Virus record (IMG/VR): IMGVR_UViG_3300045594_000145
Span: 32,001-96,000 of that record
Reading direction: 5' to 3' (one strand)
Length of the DNA stretch: 64,000 nt
Source of the DNA: a virus
Taxonomy: Duplodnaviria; Caudoviricetes
Shown: positions 27,375 through 35,285 of the stretch, one piece after another
How positions within the stretch are numbered: position 1 is the first letter of the stretch
How the letters are laid out: every line of letters starts with the position of its first letter
The notes under the pieces: model-generated
The model's input: the letters and a program-made list of their open reading frames with translations, nothing else
Database searches by the model: none
Told to the model about the DNA's origin: nothing
Translations under genes and position numbers: made by a program

Positions 27375-27544
27375 TAATCAAATCATAATACACATACTTC
27401 TCAGGTATGCCGAGGCTTATTTGCACTGGTCATGACTCCACGCTTATTCGCCATTTCTGCCGCAACCTACTTTCATCGCGATGTCCAGTAAGTTCTTTTG
27501 GTGTAACCATCCTAACAGTAAGGACTGGTAAGATTTGATTGTGA

Positions 27545-27610
27545 TAGATTTAGTTCTCTCGCCCAAGAGCAAGTCCAGCCGCACCCCGTGGAGGTATCTA
27601 ACTTGCGGCC
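27545..27610 (-). ncRNA. HDV-like ribozyme R5
   Basis: P1 GGCCGC/GCGGCU, P2 UAGAU/AUCUA, P3 ACC/GGU, L3 UCCACGG, P1.1 CC/GG, P4 CUCUU/GAGAG, J4/2 AACUAA. Confidence 0.9.
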
Positions 27611-27860
27611 ACCCGCTTATCTTATTGAAAGCGGTAGAAAGTCAGTTTTGCTCTTTGAAAAGCTAAGTCAACCTGCCGCCGCAGGATTTAAAGCGTACGC
27701 AACTCTTCTTTTTGGTTAAGAGAGGTATTGACGAGAGAACCGCCCCACGTCTGGGGACTTAGTGGCTTAAGCTTTGACTTCGTACAGTGCTACACTAACT
27801 GAAGTCTAGGCGTTAGTATGTCATTACATTGCAGTAATGGATACTTAATCCTTGTATTTT

Positions 27861-27931
27861 GGGTACGTCTGGAATCGAACCAAAACCTTCTCCCCATACA
27901 AGAGGAGATGCACAGCCACGCACTGTATACC
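27861..27931 (-). ncRNA. degenerate tRNA-like domain inside the ribozyme array
   Basis: T-arm UUUGG-UUCGAUU-CCAGA, extended anticodon arm UCUCCUC-UUGUAU-GGGGAGA, partial acceptor GGUAU/GUACC. Confidence 0.6.
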
Positions 27932-27959
27932 GTCAGGGTCTTTCACCAAAGGATTATTT

Positions 27960-28030
27960 GTAGAACTTTGTTTAGTCTGGAGCTACCAAATTGTCCACTC
28001 TCGCCACGGGGAGGCGTCTACTATGAGAGC
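27960..28030 (-). ncRNA. HDV-like ribozyme R4 (bulged P2)
   Basis: P1 GCUCUC/GAGAGU, P3 GCC/GGC, L3 UCCCCGU, P1.1 CC/GG, P2 GUAGAC/GU(U)CUAC, J4/2 CAAA. Confidence 0.65.
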
Positions 28031-28086
28031 ATATAGATTGCGCGGTTACTTACTTGGGCGCGCCAATGAACCGTCTGCCGCAATCT

Positions 28087-28140
28087 TGATGTATTAGTTG
28101 GATATCCAGACACGCCACGAGGAGGCTACATCATGTGTCC
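28087..28140 (-). ncRNA. minimal theta-type ribozyme R3
   Basis: GGACAC-A-UGAUGUA-GCC-UCCUCGU-GGC-GUGUCU-GGAUAUCC-AACUAA-UACAUCA; all HDV elements present. Confidence 0.92.
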
Positions 28141-28608
28141 ATCCCCTTGCCTAGGAGCTACCTAGACAGGAGTTATATGCTTTCCCTAAGCAGGGGCCGA
28201 AGCCCAAGGGGTTAGTTCGCGTGGGAAACTACCAAGGTGCTAAATCCGATCGGTTGCGCGCAATTTTCCTGACACTCTTTAGACTCGCGAGGAAAATTTC
28301 TAATTCTACGAGCAAGCTTTTCTCTTCTTTATACTTGGTGAGCGTTCATCCAAGCGGCGTTTACTTCTTTATCCTCGCATAAACACCAAAACGCGAGTCG
28401 GCCGCAGGCCGTTTATCCTTTAATTTTACCACTAGAGAAGTAGGAATATGGGTATGTTCACTCGCGGAACATACAAGTAGCGCTTTGCTCTAATCACGGG
28501 ATAGAGGTACGAGATCGGCAGTTCCTGTTTACCGCAAAGGTGGAGGTTTAGGGGTGCGTGAACCTGTTTCTTTCAATTATAACGCCCGAAGTTCTAAGAG
28601 GCAGCTTA

Positions 28609-28938
28609 TTACTTATTAGCTTTATAATTCTTCCAGAAATCGGAGTTGACTATAAAGTTATTCATATGGAGATAGAAGTTATCACTATAACCGGTTGCCG
28701 CATTAGTCATGTGATACTGATCAAACCATGCTTCTTCACTGTAACCATTTGCTCTATCGTGGAAAGTAACACGATACACTGAATTGACGCCACTGTGGTC
28801 TTCATACCTATTATCGTATCTTTCATGGATAACCGCGTAGAAGCGACCTTTGTAAACGTCCTTTTCTATTTGTTTATTCATGTGACGAACAGCAGTTCTA
28901 GCGCGTCTTTTATTCGCTCTTACTTTTTTGTCTATCAT
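28609..28938 (-). CDS. hypothetical basic protein embedded in the ribozyme tract
   Basis: start MIDKKV after GAGGGAG RBS and promoter. Confidence 0.7.
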   Translation of the reverse strand: MIDKKVRANKRRARTAVRHMNKQIEKDVYKGRFYAVIHERYDNRYEDHSGVNSVYRVTFHDRANGYSEEAWFDQYHMTNAATGYSDNFYLHMNNFIVNSDFWKNYKANK

Positions 28939-28963
28939 GTTAACTCCCTCACTTTCTATATAT

Positions 28964-28992
28964 ATTATATCATAGATTTTGAAGATTGTCAA
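28964..28992 (-). promoter_or_regulatory. sigma-A promoter driving ORF 28609 and ribozymes R3-R6
   Basis: TTGACA-17-TATAAT with TG extension. Confidence 0.85.
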
Positions 28993-29001
28993 GCAGATGT
29001 T

Positions 29002-29057
29002 TGATGATTCTCAGTAGAAGAGCAGTTGCGCCGCGAGCAGGCGATCATCATGCAACC
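29002..29057 (-). ncRNA. HDV-like ribozyme R2
   Basis: P1 GGUUGC/GCAACU, P2 UGAUGAUC/GA(A)UCAUCA, P3 GCC/GGC, L3 UGCUCGC with compensatory P1.1 GC/GC, J4/2 CUGA. Confidence 0.75.
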
Positions 29058-29109
29058 ATATGGGGAGCCGTCTGGCAAACGACTCCCAGCAAAAGAGAGA
29101 GTATACAAA

Positions 29110-29171
29110 CGAACTTTTAGAACCCGAAGGGGTAGCCGCATTGCCACGTCAAGGCAAGTTCGATAATGCGG
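29110..29171 (-). ncRNA. HDV-like ribozyme R1 (non-canonical C at +1)
   Basis: P1 CCGCAUU/AAUGCGG, P2 CGAACUU/AAGUUCG, P3 GCC/GGC, L3 UUGACGU, P1.1 G-C, P4 ACCC/GGGU, J4/2 UCUAA. Confidence 0.75.
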
Positions 29172-29203
29172 GAGTCAATGCCCCGAAGGGCATCGACCGA
29201 TAA

Positions 29204-29572
29204 TTACTTAGCGAGACTGTAAACCTTAGTCTTCTTCTCGCCGTCTGCTGAAACAGCCTTACCAGCCTTAACAAGAGCTGTTAATGCGCCGATAGCCTGA
29301 GCAGTTGTGATGTTAGCCTTAGCTGCGATATCCTTAGAACCTGCTGGTTCATCAGTCAGAACCGCAAGGACTGCGGCCCTACGAGCTTCAACTTCAGGAT
29401 CAGCCTTACGGACTACTGGGTGAGCCTTACGATACTCCTTAACATGAGCATCCTGTTCGATCTTTGCATCAACCCAAGCTGCCAGTTCAGCATCTGTATT
29501 TCCATTAGCGGTGAGGAAGTCCTTAATCATCTGTAAACCCTTAGTGTTAGTGATTTTTTCTGTCTTTTCCAT
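29204..29572 (-). CDS. small basic protein with C-terminal winged-HTH (paralog of 29798)
   Basis: PEVEARRAAVLAVLT...SKDIA..A.GALTALVKAG; biased codon usage. Confidence 0.8.
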   Translation of the reverse strand: MEKTEKITNTKGLQMIKDFLTANGNTDAELAAWVDAKIEQDAHVKEYRKAHPVVRKADPEVEARRAAVLAVLTDEPAGSKDIAAKANITTAQAIGALTALVKAGKAVSADGEKKTKVYSLAK

Positions 29573-29797
29573 GATTTTCTTTTCGAGATTTTATAATCTC
29601 TTTCCCTTTCTTATAAGTACATTATACCATATAATTTTGAAATCGTCAATAATTTTTTTGTAAGATTTTTTCTTTGGGAATTTTCCCTTTCCTTACCTTA
29701 CATAATAATTATAACATATTTTTTTGAGTCTGTCAACAACAATTTATTTAAGCGATGAGAGGAAGTGCGCGCTGGGCGCACTTCCGATCAGTGAAGG

Positions 29798-30160
29798 TTA
29801 GGCATTAACCTTGTAAGTATTCGGCTTTTTGCCATTGTCGACCTTAGTGATAGAACCTGCCTTAGCAAGAGCAACCAGAGCCGCAGATGCCTGACCAGCA
29901 GTTAAGCCAGTCTTTTCAGCAACTTCCTTAGAGGTCATCTCATCAGCAGTTAGAACTGCAAGCACAGTAGCCTTTCTTGCTTCGACTTCTGGATTAGCCT
30001 TTTTAACAGCTGGGCGCGCGGCGCGTCTAGCCTTTACCTTTTCCTCAGCTTCGATTCTAGAGTCGATGAAATCAAGTAACTCCTTCTGATTCTCAACGTT
30101 TGACGCCTCAACCAAAGCCTTTACCTCTGCAAATCTCTGTTCATTAGTAACCTTTTTCAT
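29798..30160 (-). CDS. small basic protein with C-terminal winged-HTH (paralog of 29204)
   Basis: PEVEARKATVLAVLT...SKEVA..ASAALVALAKAG. Confidence 0.8.
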   Translation of the reverse strand: MKKVTNEQRFAEVKALVEASNVENQKELLDFIDSRIEAEEKVKARRAARPAVKKANPEVEARKATVLAVLTADEMTSKEVAEKTGLTAGQASAALVALAKAGSITKVDNGKKPNTYKVNA

Positions 30161-30336
30161 GATGTTATTCTCCTTATTTTTTACATTTATATTATAACAT
30201 AGAATTTTTAGTTTGTCTACAATGACTTTTGGGGAATTTTCATTGTTGAGTGTAATTCATAAGGTTTTTATTACCCTTCCCCTACCTTATATAAATATTA
30301 TACCATAGAATGTGAAGATTGTCAACAACAACTTAA

Positions 30337-30996
30337 TCAATCCTTGTGGTGAGTCATCTTCACAGATCCGAATGGGTACTTCCCATTTACCATTGCGTAG
30401 CCGCACTGAGAACCAGCAACAGAGAGCGCAACGAATAACTCAGGATTTTCTCTCAGTACATTCTCAAGTGCCATGCATCTGAGTTCAACATCGGTAGGTG
30501 AAGTAGGAACTGGCTTGCCCTCTGCATCTTTAGCAAGTCCGCGTCTCTTAATTTCCTTGGTAACCACCTTCGGAGTCTTATGCTTTGCTAACTTAATGGT
30601 CAGCTGCTTGCCATCTGGCAAGTTGTACTCAAGAGTTGATTCATCTTCTGCAACAAGCTCGCCGAATAAGAACTTGTATTCAGCTTCAATACGTTCCGCA
30701 ATGAACTTAGTGCGGGACGCTTGATCTGCCTTAGTCTTTGCGGTTACTTCCTTAGACACCTTGGTTGGCATTGCTAAACCAAGCAGACGAGTTGACTTAT
30801 AGAATAATTCATCAACCTTCTCCTTCTTCATGCCGCAGTGGTCGATGAGGTAAGCTTTGGTGTCTTCATCCTTGTCGCAATACTTAGTATCAAAGACATA
30901 TAACTCCTGCGCCTCATCATCAGTGCATCTATAAGCCTTCTTGTAGCGCGTAATCATCTTTTCTTTCTCACTCTGGACAGTAGTGTTCTTTAACAT
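30337..30996 (-). CDS. hypothetical early protein
   Basis: 219-aa ORF with promoter and RBS. Confidence 0.75.
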   Translation of the reverse strand: MLKNTTVQSEKEKMITRYKKAYRCTDDEAQELYVFDTKYCDKDEDTKAYLIDHCGMKKEKVDELFYKSTRLLGLAMPTKVSKEVTAKTKADQASRTKFIAERIEAEYKFLFGELVAEDESTLEYNLPDGKQLTIKLAKHKTPKVVTKEIKRRGLAKDAEGKPVPTSPTDVELRCMALENVLRENPELFVALSVAGSQCGYAMVNGKYPFGSVKMTHHKD

Positions 30997-31061
30997 AACT
31001 TACCCCTTTCTTATCTTACACATATATTATACCACGGAACCCTGAAGATGTCAACAATGAC

Positions 31062-31259
31062 TTACTCAGAAATTCTCTTCCAAGAGACAATCTCGCAACC
31101 GTGGAACCCATCAGTGGAGTATGAACTTGAACCCCAGATCTTAAAGCATTCTCCTTCGACCTCTGTCATGGAATTGACTTTTACAGTCACAATTTCTGCA
31201 GCATTGCGGTTCACGTAAGGAGTGTGCCGAACTGTTACTTCGTATTTTTTATTTTCCAT
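31062..31259 (-). CDS. hypothetical protein
   Basis: 65-aa ORF downstream of promoter. Confidence 0.6.
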   Translation of the reverse strand: MENKKYEVTVRHTPYVNRNAAEIVTVKVNSMTEVEGECFKIWGSSSYSTDGFHGCEIVSWKRISE

Positions 31260-31630
31260 TTTTACATCTCTCTTTCTTTATATATATATTATATCATATT
31301 CTGGGGTAAAGTTCAATAGACAATTGTGAGGGAGTGTATAGTGGGATCCTGAAAGTGAAAATTTTGACTTGTCAATAGACAGATATAGTAAAGTGTCTAT
31401 TGACAGTTTACGGGATCCGTGCTTTGGGGAAATGTTGATATACAAATTGTGTAAAATGCCTATTGACAACTCGCGAAAAGTGCCGCCGGCTAGCGGTGGC
31501 TGATTGAAAAGTCAAATAGAAAATTTTTTACATTATTTTATTTTTGTTTCTGAAAATTTTTCATTCGCCGCAACTTTCTTTACATTTCTTTCTGAAACAA
31601 TTTTCATGAAAATGTAAATAAAAAGAAAGC

Positions 31631-31840
31631 TTACGCTTTCTTTTCATATCTTTCAACGCCACGCTTCGGAGCAATTGGTTTTAACTGTACATCAAACTTT
31701 TCAAGATGAATTACCATGGTGCCTTCAGTAAAACCGTATTCCATGCCATCATCAAATTTAATGCCATTTGCTTCCAACATCTTTGAAACCATTGCCATAA
31801 CTTCATTTTTTGCTACAACCTTTTCATCAACCTTTTTCAT
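31631..31840 (-). CDS. hypothetical protein (paralog of 36252)
   Basis: DG.EYG.T.GT..I...Q.K.I.PKRGV..Y shared. Confidence 0.75.
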   Translation of the reverse strand: MKKVDEKVVAKNEVMAMVSKMLEANGIKFDDGMEYGFTEGTMVIHLEKFDVQLKPIAPKRGVERYEKKA

Positions 31841-31900
31841 ATTCTCTCTTATCTCTCTTTCTACATATAGTATATATCAGATTGGGCGGAATGTCAAGAC

Positions 31901-32275
31901 TTATTTTTGAAATTCTTTATAAATCTTTTCAGTGCTGTTGTAAATCTGGTCGAGTGCATTTTCCATAAATTCGCAAATCTGTTCATCAATCACTTCAGCT
32001 TCTCTTACACAATAGTTGTAAGTAAAGAGTGCCGCATGGGTTAATTCATGCGTAATAGTCCTACGGAGTAACTGTGGTGAAAGTCCTCTTGCAATGTAAA
32101 TCTCACTTGTTTCAAAATATGTAATGCCATAAGCCCCATCATCAACAGTTGTTTCATCTGTTACCTCAGCCCTCCCAAACATGTGAGGATTTTCACGAGC
32201 CACCAATCTTACATTCCAAACAATATTACCAATAGTTACAGTGGTGGTGTCATAAATTTCATCGTTCGTTCTCAT
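31901..32275 (-). CDS. HExxH zinc metallopeptidase (ImmA/IrrE-like)
   Basis: YGITY...IYI...TITHELTHA...EQICE. Confidence 0.7.
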   Translation of the reverse strand: MRTNDEIYDTTTVTIGNIVWNVRLVARENPHMFGRAEVTDETTVDDGAYGITYFETSEIYIARGLSPQLLRRTITHELTHAALFTYNYCVREAEVIDEQICEFMENALDQIYNSTEKIYKEFQK

Positions 32276-32624
32276 TACCTTTTCCTCACTTTCTATAATA
32301 ATTATAGCACTGAATTACAGGATTGTCAAGCACAATTTCTTTGAAACTTTGTTTCATTCACGTCATTCCCTTCCCTCACTTTCTATAATTATTATACAGC
32401 TGAAACCTGTTACAGTCAAGTTGAAAGTTATGAAAAATTTTTTCTGAAAGACCGCCGAGAAGTTTGCAACAAGTTCCAAACCGATATGTAAATGTTACAA
32501 ACATAATGTAAGATCTTACATTAGTTTTGGGAGTTTTTCATTTCACAATGTAAAAACTTTCATTTGTGAATGTAAGCGATTTTCTCACAAGCAAAAATGC
32601 CGGTCGCCATCGGCCGGGCAATTT

Positions 32625-32873
32625 TTACCCAACCGACTGGCTATCTTTTTCGATATATAATTTTGAATCCTTATTGCACAGTGTTTGCAGATGTTCATTG
32701 ATAACGAAGATACTGTTTACATCTAATGTGATCCCAGTATTTTCTTCAAACACGTCGGACTTATTCTCTGCCATTATCTGACAAAGGCGAGCTAAGGAAG
32801 CCGCAGCCTTGCTGACAGCTTCCTTTTCTTCTTCCGTAAATCTATAAACTTCCTTCATATTATACCCTCTCAA
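32625..32873 (-). CDS. hypothetical protein
   Basis: ORF coupled to the methyltransferase gene. Confidence 0.55.
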   Translation of the reverse strand: MRGYNMKEVYRFTEEEKEAVSKAAASLARLCQIMAENKSDVFEENTGITLDVNSIFVINEHLQTLCNKDSKLYIEKDSQSVG

Positions 32874-33618
32874 GAATCATTTCTCTATGCGTCTGTAAGT
32901 AATAATAGTCATCCTCAGTGATATTGAAATCTCTTTTCAGAGTTCTCTCAATATACTCATTGAAGTATGAGTGGTTATAAGTGATTTGGAATTCTTCATC
33001 CTCTTCAATTTCTTTCCAAGGAACGCTCGCATAATCTTCGAGGTTTTCTAATGCCCAATTTTCAGTATATCTGTACTTCATCAGGAACTGAAGAAGATAT
33101 GCACTATTAACTTCTCCGGGGTTGGTTTCAATGTAATCTCTAAACTCATAACCATATGGGCTAGTCTGGATTGCATTGACAATTCTGAAGAAGGCTTTTG
33201 GCTTGAAGTCGTTAAAGAGAAACATATCTCTAATGATGACTGCATCGGCATTTCGGGAGACCCAACTCCAAACTGGATAGAAGCTCAAGCTAAGTTCATG
33301 AAGGACAGAGGAGAAGATAATTGCAATCTTTCCTCTGTCAAAGAATGGGTCATCATTTACAGCTTCAACTGATGTATAGAACTCAACATTTGGGCAATTA
33401 GTTTTAAATCTCCTTGCCATTTCGGGAGAGTTGTCAATTCCTACTAACTTTTTAGAATTAATACCAACTGCAATCAGATGTTTAATTAATGTACCATCTG
33501 CACACCCAAAGTCAATGATTGTATCATATTTGGATAAGTCAATCTTGTCCAAGAAGAATAACTTCTCAGCCATGGCCGCATCCATGCGGTTTAAGTATAC
33601 TTCATAATCTCTTTTCAT
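32860..33618 (-). CDS. class I SAM-dependent methyltransferase
   Basis: IIDFGCADG, VGIDNSPEM, FSSVLHE. Confidence 0.8.
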   Translation of the reverse strand: MKRDYEVYLNRMDAAMAEKLFFLDKIDLSKYDTIIDFGCADGTLIKHLIAVGINSKKLVGIDNSPEMARRFKTNCPNVEFYTSVEAVNDDPFFDRGKIAIIFSSVLHELSLSFYPVWSWVSRNADAVIIRDMFLFNDFKPKAFFRIVNAIQTSPYGYEFRDYIETNPGEVNSAYLLQFLMKYRYTENWALENLEDYASVPWKEIEEDEEFQITYNHSYFNEYIERTLKRDFNITEDDYYYLQTHREMILERV

Positions 33619-33687
33619 ATTAGTTATCCTCTTTCTTTTTGGAAGTTCTTCAAGGGAGTTGAGACTCCCTTGAGAGTTCTTTTATTC

Positions 33688-34200
33688 CTAATTTCTTTTA
33701 ATTCCGAGTTGCCTTAAGGTATATGGTATACCCTCTTTCATTCCTTTGTACACCTGGGATGTCCTAGGGAACCGCGGGAACTCCATGTATTCCTCTTGAT
33801 TTTTGAATAAGATGTAGATATAACACTGGTCCTTATAGATATTATGTCTGTCTTTTACGACACAATCTACCTCATTATAGATTGATTTTGGGCCAACTAT
33901 ATTTGACAGATAAGCCCGTTCGACTTCATCAAGGACAAAGTTCTTTTTCTTTGGACTTTTTTTGATGACTGGCTCGAACATTTCCTCAGTAAAGTGCCAC
34001 CCGTTGTCATTTTTAAAAAAATAACTTTTATCCTGAACTGCTGAAATAATTTGGGTAGTACCACAAAAATCTAACATCTTTTTTAGGAAATAGACTTTTT
34101 CTTCTTTAATTATAATATCTCCATCATCATCTGTCCCAAATTCATCTCTCATATCTTCCCAACTTCTTACCTTAACTTTATCTCCAACTTTAAATTTCAT
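33688..34200 (-). CDS. two-domain hypothetical protein (N-term like 21397 ORF; C-term like 11545/8528 ORFs)
   Basis: MKFKVGDKV.. plus LDEVERAYL...YKGMK..YTLRQLGI. Confidence 0.75.
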   Translation of the reverse strand: MKFKVGDKVKVRSWEDMRDEFGTDDDGDIIIKEEKVYFLKKMLDFCGTTQIISAVQDKSYFFKNDNGWHFTEEMFEPVIKKSPKKKNFVLDEVERAYLSNIVGPKSIYNEVDCVVKDRHNIYKDQCYIYILFKNQEEYMEFPRFPRTSQVYKGMKEGIPYTLRQLGIKRN

Positions 34201-34267
34201 ATTTTTCTTCTTTCTAATATGATTATATCATATTTTTTAAGATTTGCCAAATGACAATCTTAGAAGG

Positions 34268-34723
34268 TTACGCTTTTGCCAAACCTTTAAGGACTTCTAA
34301 CATCCCGCTCGATGAATTGATTGCCTTACCAATCTGCCATTCTTGTAAATTCTTTTCTTCGTCATCAAACAGGATAGCGCCCGCTTGATTGTCTTTGAAA
34401 AATGAATTCTTTGCCGTTCCGTAAGGGACAATGTGAACTTCATCATATGGGAAATGATGCTTCTTTAACCAATTTAACTTTACCTTTGTGACTTTGCGGT
34501 CATACTCTGGGGTACTTGTTTTCGATAACCAACTAACAATTACAATCTTGTACCCTTGCGCTTTGAGTGTACGCACTGCCTTATTGAGGCGGCGCATATC
34601 ATACTTTGGCTTTGCCTGCGTATATGGGTTAGTCTTTCCAGCTTTCAAAGATGAAAGCCAGCCTTCGACATGGTAGAACTCATTCAGAGTCCCATCCATG
34701 TCGAACACCAGTGTCTTATTCAT
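34268..34723 (-). CDS. HAD-superfamily phosphatase (5'-nucleotidase-like)
   Basis: VFDMDGT motif I; ILFDD motif IV. Confidence 0.8.
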   Translation of the reverse strand: MNKTLVFDMDGTLNEFYHVEGWLSSLKAGKTNPYTQAKPKYDMRRLNKAVRTLKAQGYKIVIVSWLSKTSTPEYDRKVTKVKLNWLKKHHFPYDEVHIVPYGTAKNSFFKDNQAGAILFDDEEKNLQEWQIGKAINSSSGMLEVLKGLAKA

Positions 34724-35285
34724 AGTCTTTAGTTCCTCTCTTAATTACCCCATAGATTTTGCGATTGAATTTGACATTATCTGTGCGATATATCAACATG
34801 TATTCGTCTGTATCTCTTCTGGTTACGTACTTTTTTAGTACGCTCATTTTGTGCGTCTGCGCATCGACTGAAGTAAGACGATTGTTTCTTAATTCAAGAT
34901 TGAAGACATGCGCGCCACCTTCATCCCAAGCAATATGAATGATATAGCGACCGCATCCATTATTGCTATGCCGCCTTGTCCATTCTGAGATTTCTCTCAT
35001 ATTCACAACAGGGCATCTTTCAACCTTGCCAAAGGTATTTGACCAGAGGTACAGATATTTATCCCTATCGCCTTTATATGTTTTGGCTTGAACATTGTAA
35101 CCCCGTCTTAACAATTCATAGGCAAGGACGCAACGCTGACAGTTCATAGAGTAACTGTCTGAAGAAGGCGAATAGTTGGGGTTCGCCTTTTTGATTGCCA
35201 GCTTGATTGGATAGGGTTTATGCTTTTCGCCGATTGCCTTTAAGGTAGTTTCGGGAAGTCTTGTGAAATCTTTCATAGATATCAT
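34716..35285 (-). CDS. papain-fold toxin glutamine-deamidase domain protein
   Basis: NCQRCVLAYELLRRGYNVQA, GAHVFN, VDAQT (C-H-D triad pattern). Confidence 0.7.
   Translation of the reverse strand: MISMKDFTRLPETTLKAIGEKHKPYPIKLAIKKANPNYSPSSDSYSMNCQRCVLAYELLRRGYNVQAKTYKGDRDKYLYLWSNTFGKVERCPVVNMREISEWTRRHSNNGCGRYIIHIAWDEGGAHVFNLELRNNRLTSVDAQTHKMSVLKKYVTRRDTDEYMLIYRTDNVKFNRKIYGVIKRGTKDYE

Noticed and set aside
27392-27420. Additional HDV-like ribozyme at GCCUCGGC
   Set aside because: No 7-nt L3 and no P1/P2 register
27649-27666. boxA-like TGCTCTTTGAAAAG on plus strand
   Set aside because: Wrong strand relative to local transcription; explained as part of a minus-strand hairpin
27755-27810. Pistol ribozyme (GCUUAAGCCACUAAG resemblance)
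   Set aside because: A pseudoknot is possible, but the P2/P3 arrangement and cleavage-site GU do not fit; kept only as an unnamed pseudoknot
27818-28097. Plus-strand ORFs of 72 and 81 aa
   Set aside because: Antisense to the ribozymes and tRNA-like domain; no RBS
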